Origin: Selaginella moellendorffii
Lineage: Eukaryota > Plantae > Lycopodiophyta
NCBI RefSeq assembly: GCF_000143415.4
Contig: NW_003314295.1
Span: forward strand, 1,172,997-1,220,420
Length of the DNA stretch: 47,424 nucleotides
Direction of reading: 5' to 3'
The translations under genes and the position numbers were made by a program. Positions 46,765-47,424 of this stretch are shown one piece after another (the stretch's first letter is position 1; the number at the start of each line of letters is the position of its first letter). The notes under the pieces are model-generated. The model was not told the DNA's origin, ran no database searches, and was given only the letters and a program-made list of their open reading frames with translations.

Positions 46765-46928
46765 ATTGTGTTCTGGTGTTGGTGTCGATGTTGGACGAGT
46801 TGTCTGTCAGTTTTCTGGTATTGAGTCTTGGCATTGTTGTCGAGCTGGTGATGGTTGAGCTTCATTGTTGGAGTCTAAAATCACTAATTCGGGTGGTTGT
46901 AGAGCGAGTTGCCGTTGTATCTTGGTGG

Positions 46929-47424
46929 CTAACTTCTGCTTCTTTTCCCATTCCCGGGGTTTTGTCGGGCTCTCAGGGCCTTTCTCTTTACTATCTCCAG
47001 AATCTCTGTCTGATTGTTGTTGTTTTTCTGCTTGAATTTGTGCTCAGGTTTGTACTGCCATGACTTGAGGATCTGAGTCATCATTGTCAGCATAAGGTAG
47101 TTTGTCAGTCTCAACCATCCTTGTTGTTGGTGGTTGCTGCTGGTTCTAATCTTGTTGTCGAGGAGGCAGTGGACCAAGTCTCGGCAGGCCGCCTTGGTTT
47201 TGAAGTCGAGGTTGCCATAGTCGGTTGTTATAGTTGCCTTGGTAGCCGTGGTCTTGATAACCTTGGCCTTGGTATCTTCGGTTTTGGTATCTTGGGTATT
47301 GTTGGTATCCTTGGTTGTAGTTGTCTCGGTTTGCTGGGTAGTTCCGGTTTGGCAGGTGTTGTCGATGGTTGTAGTTGTTGTTGTAGTCATTGTGAAATTG
47401 TGTAGTTGTAGCGAGGTTGATCAT
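46929..47424 (-). pseudogene. C-terminal low-complexity gag-like region (N/Y/Q/R-rich)
   Basis: YNQGYQQYPRYQNRRYQGQGY...PLPPRQ directly upstream of the protease. Confidence 0.5.

Larger units (their letters stand above)
41311..47424 (-). mobile_element. Ty3/Gypsy (non-chromovirus-like) LTR retrotransposon, degenerate, running off the window end
   Basis: Order on the minus strand is gag-like region, protease, RT, RNase H, integrase C-terminus, extra ORF, LTR. Repeat copy 3 breaks at ...ttcttcaaac|TGTTGAAG at 41311. Confidence 0.9.

Overview
Eukaryotic land-plant genomic DNA. The very short introns (mostly 45-120 nt) and tight gene spacing suggest the lycophyte Selaginella, which is an inference. 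The window has three zones. (1) 1-~11,000: AT-rich, CpG-depleted decayed transposon DNA with a Cassandra-like TRIM carrying a 5S rRNA-derived segment in its LTR, a second LTR+PBS junction, and a 12-bp repeat array that inverts on itself. (2) ~11,580-33,850: a dense island of nine genes: exportin-T (PAUSED), zeta-COP, two GT92/DUF23 glycosyltransferases, PLMT, two DUF248/PMT Golgi methyltransferases (one with a 1-nt frameshift and a 51-nt exitron-like insert), an F-box gene, and a TlyA/YqxC-like rRNA methyltransferase that needs three GC-AG introns. A perfect 21-bp hairpin lies between two convergent genes. (3) ~34,390-47,424: nested elements. A degenerate Helentron-type element (Rep C-terminus, PIF1 helicase, APE endonuclease) is interrupted at an A|T site by a canonical Helitron (hairpin+CTAG end, duplicated exon-like cargo), which is in turn interrupted by a Ty3/Gypsy element with an extra 3' ORF. 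All alignments and translations were done by eye; no database search was run.
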